Assembly (NCBI GenBank): GCA_964428315.1
Contig: CAYRXT010000004.1
Location: 4,382 to 68,381 of the forward strand
Length of the DNA: 64,000 nucleotides
Direction of reading: 5' to 3'
From: an uncultured Planctomycetales bacterium
Lineage (GTDB): Bacteria; Omnitrophota; Gorgyraeia; Zapsychrales; CAYRXT01
Within the stretch, counting starts at the first letter, position 1; every line of letters begins with the position of its first letter. This document shows positions 61,454 to 64,000 of the stretch, in pieces. The position numbers and the translations under genes are program-made. The notes beneath the pieces were generated by a model. That model saw only the letters and a program-made list of their open reading frames with translations, was not told the DNA's origin and searched no databases.

Positions 61454-63646
61454 TTACCAGCGAAGGTAGTCAAAACCGGTAAGCTCTTCGACAAAATCCT
61501 TGAGCCGGATGACAGGCAGGAGATTGGTGTATTGATCCGTCCACGGCCGGATACCCTCTTTAAACCGCGGCGTATTCCATTGGAGGCGGCGCCGCAGCCT
61601 TTCTGTTTTACTTCTATCCCAGCTCACGGCGGCCCAGAGCGAGAAAAAGGCGTCGTCCTCTTCGCCTTGTTTGCGGTAGAATTTGACGCTGCATTCCGCG
61701 CCGAGGTGACGCGCGTTGACGGCCACCACCGGCACAAGGTCCAGATAAAGATTGGAGACATGAAAGAGGATCAGCCCTCCGGGGCTGAGATGCCGGCGGT
61801 ATTCGGCGATCGCCTCGACGGTCAAGAGATGGACAGGCACCGAATCGCCGCTGAAGGCGTCGATGATAATAAGGTCATAGTGGTTTTCGGGCATTTGCCG
61901 CAAGGTGAGACGGGCATCCCCGAAGACAAAACGCAGTCTGCCCCGGGCGTCGCGCAGGTAGGTGAAATGCCGCCCGGCCATCTTATAGACATCGGGGTCG
62001 ATCTCGAAGAAATCCATATACGTCCGCGGCGAGGTATACCGCGCCAGGGTCCCGGTCCCCAGTCCGACAACCGCGACCCTCGTGAACCGGAAAAGGTCCG
62101 ACGTCAACACCTCGCCGACCGGCGCGCGCCGGTGGAAGTAGGCCAGCGCGATCTTCCTTTTCGCCTGTTCGATGTACTGGACGCCGTGGATGGTGGCCCC
62201 GTGCATCAGATGGACCTTCCCCCTCTCGCAGTACACCTTATAGATGCCGTAATAATTGCGGTGTTTGTCGATAAACATTTTCTGCGTCCAGAGGAGTTCC
62301 AGCAGGGAAATCAGCAAGATCACGGGGATCAGGCTTAAGAAAAGAGCCTGGGGGTTCTTTTTCAAATGGCCGTAGATAATCCAGAAGGCCGCTGTGATAA
62401 CGATGAGACCGATCAGGCTGTATTGACGGAAGACCATCGGCCATAAGACCAGAAAGAGCACAGCGTACACGATCCACCGGATATCCTCCCCCCTGACCCC
62501 GGCCCACGGCCGGCGTTTGATCAAGGCCGATGTCAGGACGGCGAGCCCGATAAGAAATTCGGCCATCGTTTTCGACAGAAGCGGGATCACCCAGCTGACC
62601 AGGACCCCGCCGGCGAAACCGCCGAAGGCTATCCACAGATAATACGTCGTCAAACGGCTGACGTCCGCCGGACGGCGCCTGTACAATTCCCTTTGACAAA
62701 ACATGCACAGCACAAAAAGCAGGATCAGGAAAGCGGCTACTTCCAGCAGATAAGGCAGGATGCGCTTCTGGGCCAGGAAAAAGAGGACTACGCCCAGGCC
62801 CATGAACTCGGGCATCCTGTTTGTCATCCATAACGGACATAACGGCGGATCGCGAAAATTCAGTGCATAGGATAGAAGATAAATACACAATGGCACGACC
62901 CATAAAAGCGGGACCGGGGCGACTTCATAGGTGAGGATGTTGGTCACCGACAAAAACAGGACCGGGCCCGCCGCGGCCAGCAGGAACCACTCCCTCGCTT
63001 CGTGTTGCGGCGCGGCCGGCTCAAAACGGCGCCTACCCTCACGGTTGTCTTTTTCAGTTCTGACCAACAGGAAGACAACCCCGAACAAGATCAGCAACAC
63101 GGTATAGCCCCACCGCCAGAGGATAAGCTGACGGCCAAGGTCCAGCCGGGCCTCAAACACAAAGGGGTAGCTTAACAAGGCGGCGAATGAACCAAAATTG
63201 GAGACCGCGTAGAGAAAATAGGGGCTGTGCCGGCCCGGTAATCGGGACGCGGCCGTCCAGTCCTGCATAACGACGCTCATCGTGCTCAGGACAAAGAAGA
63301 CCGGCCCGACGGTGACCAGCAGTAAGACAAAGACGTCGGCCGCCAGGGGCAAAGACGCGTGGGGCGATATGTCCGGTAACGGTCGTCCCGGGAAAAAAAG
63401 AAGGGGAACGCCCATCAGCAGAAAATGAAACGGACGGTATCGGTCAATGCCCTGTTTTCTGAGGACCAGATGGGCATACAGGTATCCCCCAAGCAGCATC
63501 CCCTGAAAGAAGGCCACACAGGCCCCCCACACCAGATAGCTCCCGCCGAACTCGGGCAGAAGGAGCTTGGCCATGATCAGCTCGATCTGGAAGAGCAGGA
63601 ACGCGGCGAGAAGGACAACGGCGCCGGTTATCCAAAGGAGGATCAT
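61454..63646 (-). CDS. Spermidine-synthase-family (aminopropyltransferase-like) domain fused to a large polytopic membrane domain
   Basis: ~13 TM N-terminal region; C-terminal VVGLGTGTLARY...DLIIIDAFSGDSVP SpeE-like Rossmann motifs. Confidence 0.75.
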   Translation of the reverse strand: MILLWITGAVVLLAAFLLFQIELIMAKLLLPEFGGSYLVWGACVAFFQGMLLGGYLYAHLVLRKQGIDRYRPFHFLLMGVPLLFFPGRPLPDISPHASLPLAADVFVLLLVTVGPVFFVLSTMSVVMQDWTAASRLPGRHSPYFLYAVSNFGSFAALLSYPFVFEARLDLGRQLILWRWGYTVLLILFGVVFLLVRTEKDNREGRRRFEPAAPQHEAREWFLLAAAGPVLFLSVTNILTYEVAPVPLLWVVPLCIYLLSYALNFRDPPLCPLWMTNRMPEFMGLGVVLFFLAQKRILPYLLEVAAFLILLFVLCMFCQRELYRRRPADVSRLTTYYLWIAFGGFAGGVLVSWVIPLLSKTMAEFLIGLAVLTSALIKRRPWAGVRGEDIRWIVYAVLFLVLWPMVFRQYSLIGLIVITAAFWIIYGHLKKNPQALFLSLIPVILLISLLELLWTQKMFIDKHRNYYGIYKVYCERGKVHLMHGATIHGVQYIEQAKRKIALAYFHRRAPVGEVLTSDLFRFTRVAVVGLGTGTLARYTSPRTYMDFFEIDPDVYKMAGRHFTYLRDARGRLRFVFGDARLTLRQMPENHYDLIIIDAFSGDSVPVHLLTVEAIAEYRRHLSPGGLILFHVSNLYLDLVPVVAVNARHLGAECSVKFYRKQGEEDDAFFSLWAAVSWDRSKTERLRRRLQWNTPRFKEGIRPWTDQYTNLLPVIRLKDFVEELTGFDYLRW

Positions 63647-63672
63647 TATGTTCTTGTCCTGTTAAACAAACA

Positions 63673-63717
63673 AGGGCGTCCCCGCGCCCCCATCTTTGAT
63701 GGGGGCGCGGGGACGCC
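63673..63717 (-). terminator. Rho-independent terminator for the gdh-like gene
   Basis: 19-bp perfect inverted repeat GGGCGTCCCCGCGCCCCCA/TGGGGGCGCGGGGACGCCC; the minus-strand read is followed by TTGTTTGTTT. Confidence 0.6.
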
Positions 63718-63758
63718 CTCGCGTCTATGTCAATCCCTGCCTGTCATGCATGAAACTC

Positions 63759-64000
63759 TCACACCCAGCCGCGGGCCTTCATCGCCTCCACGACCCTCTT
63801 GACGGCAACGACATAGGCGGCCTGACGCATGTCGATCTTGAACTTCTCCGAGGTATCGCAAACCGCCTGATAAGCCATCGTCATCTTCCGGTCGAGACGC
63901 TCATGGACCTCGTCCTCATACCAGTAATACATGTTGTAATTCTGAACCATCTCGAAATAGGACACCGTGACACCCCCGGCGTTGGCCAGGAAATCCGGTA
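63759..64000 (-). CDS. Glu/Leu/Phe/Val dehydrogenase family, C-terminal fragment (gene continues beyond the window end)
   Basis: C-terminus ...AAYVVAVKRVVEAMKARGWV resembles the GdhA C-terminus; reading frame is open to position 64000. Confidence 0.55.
   Translation of the reverse strand, partial: PDFLANAGGVTVSYFEMVQNYNMYYWYEDEVHERLDRKMTMAYQAVCDTSEKFKIDMRQAAYVVAVKRVVEAMKARGWV

Overview
Visibly GC-rich bacterial chromosomal window of 64 kb, densely coding, mostly on the minus strand. Envelope genes (tatAC, RlpA-like, lipoproteins, LepB) point to a Gram-negative-type organism. No rRNA, tRNA or CRISPR array was recognised by eye. Left third (1-11.9 kb) is one long co-directional minus-strand purine operon with a recognisable sigma70-type promoter: purB-purC-purS::purL-LOG-purQ-purM-purD-purE, then a TsaC::LMW-phosphatase fusion, rpiB and glyA (truncated at the window start). 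Middle: a REC-GGDEF-MshEN signalling fusion, a polyprenyl synthase, hemW, a tiny Lys-rich ORF with its own promoter and terminator, a YfhO-like membrane protein, tatA/tatC, a CPBP-TPR protease, an SLC12-type transporter, and the dominant feature, a single 10.6-kb ORF (3,529 aa, 26307-36896, minus) encoding an envelope-associated giant protein with no recognisable catalytic domain and a clear compositional break about two thirds in. Right third: NadD-like, IMPase, RlpA, a decayed SDR remnant, VanZ, an MBL hydrolase, an arsR-arsP-arsC operon, sixA, dinB with a coupled small ORF, class I fbaB, a low-GC single-gene island (orphan AAA ATPase) abutting a 141-bp structured repeat whose second copy lies 8 kb away inside a lepB-methyltransferase-radical SAM/SPASM-membrane-protein operon, a SplB-family radical SAM, ttcA, yjbQ, a SpeE-like membrane protein and a partial gdh at the right edge. 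All functional calls are from motif recognition by eye on the supplied translations; no database search was run.
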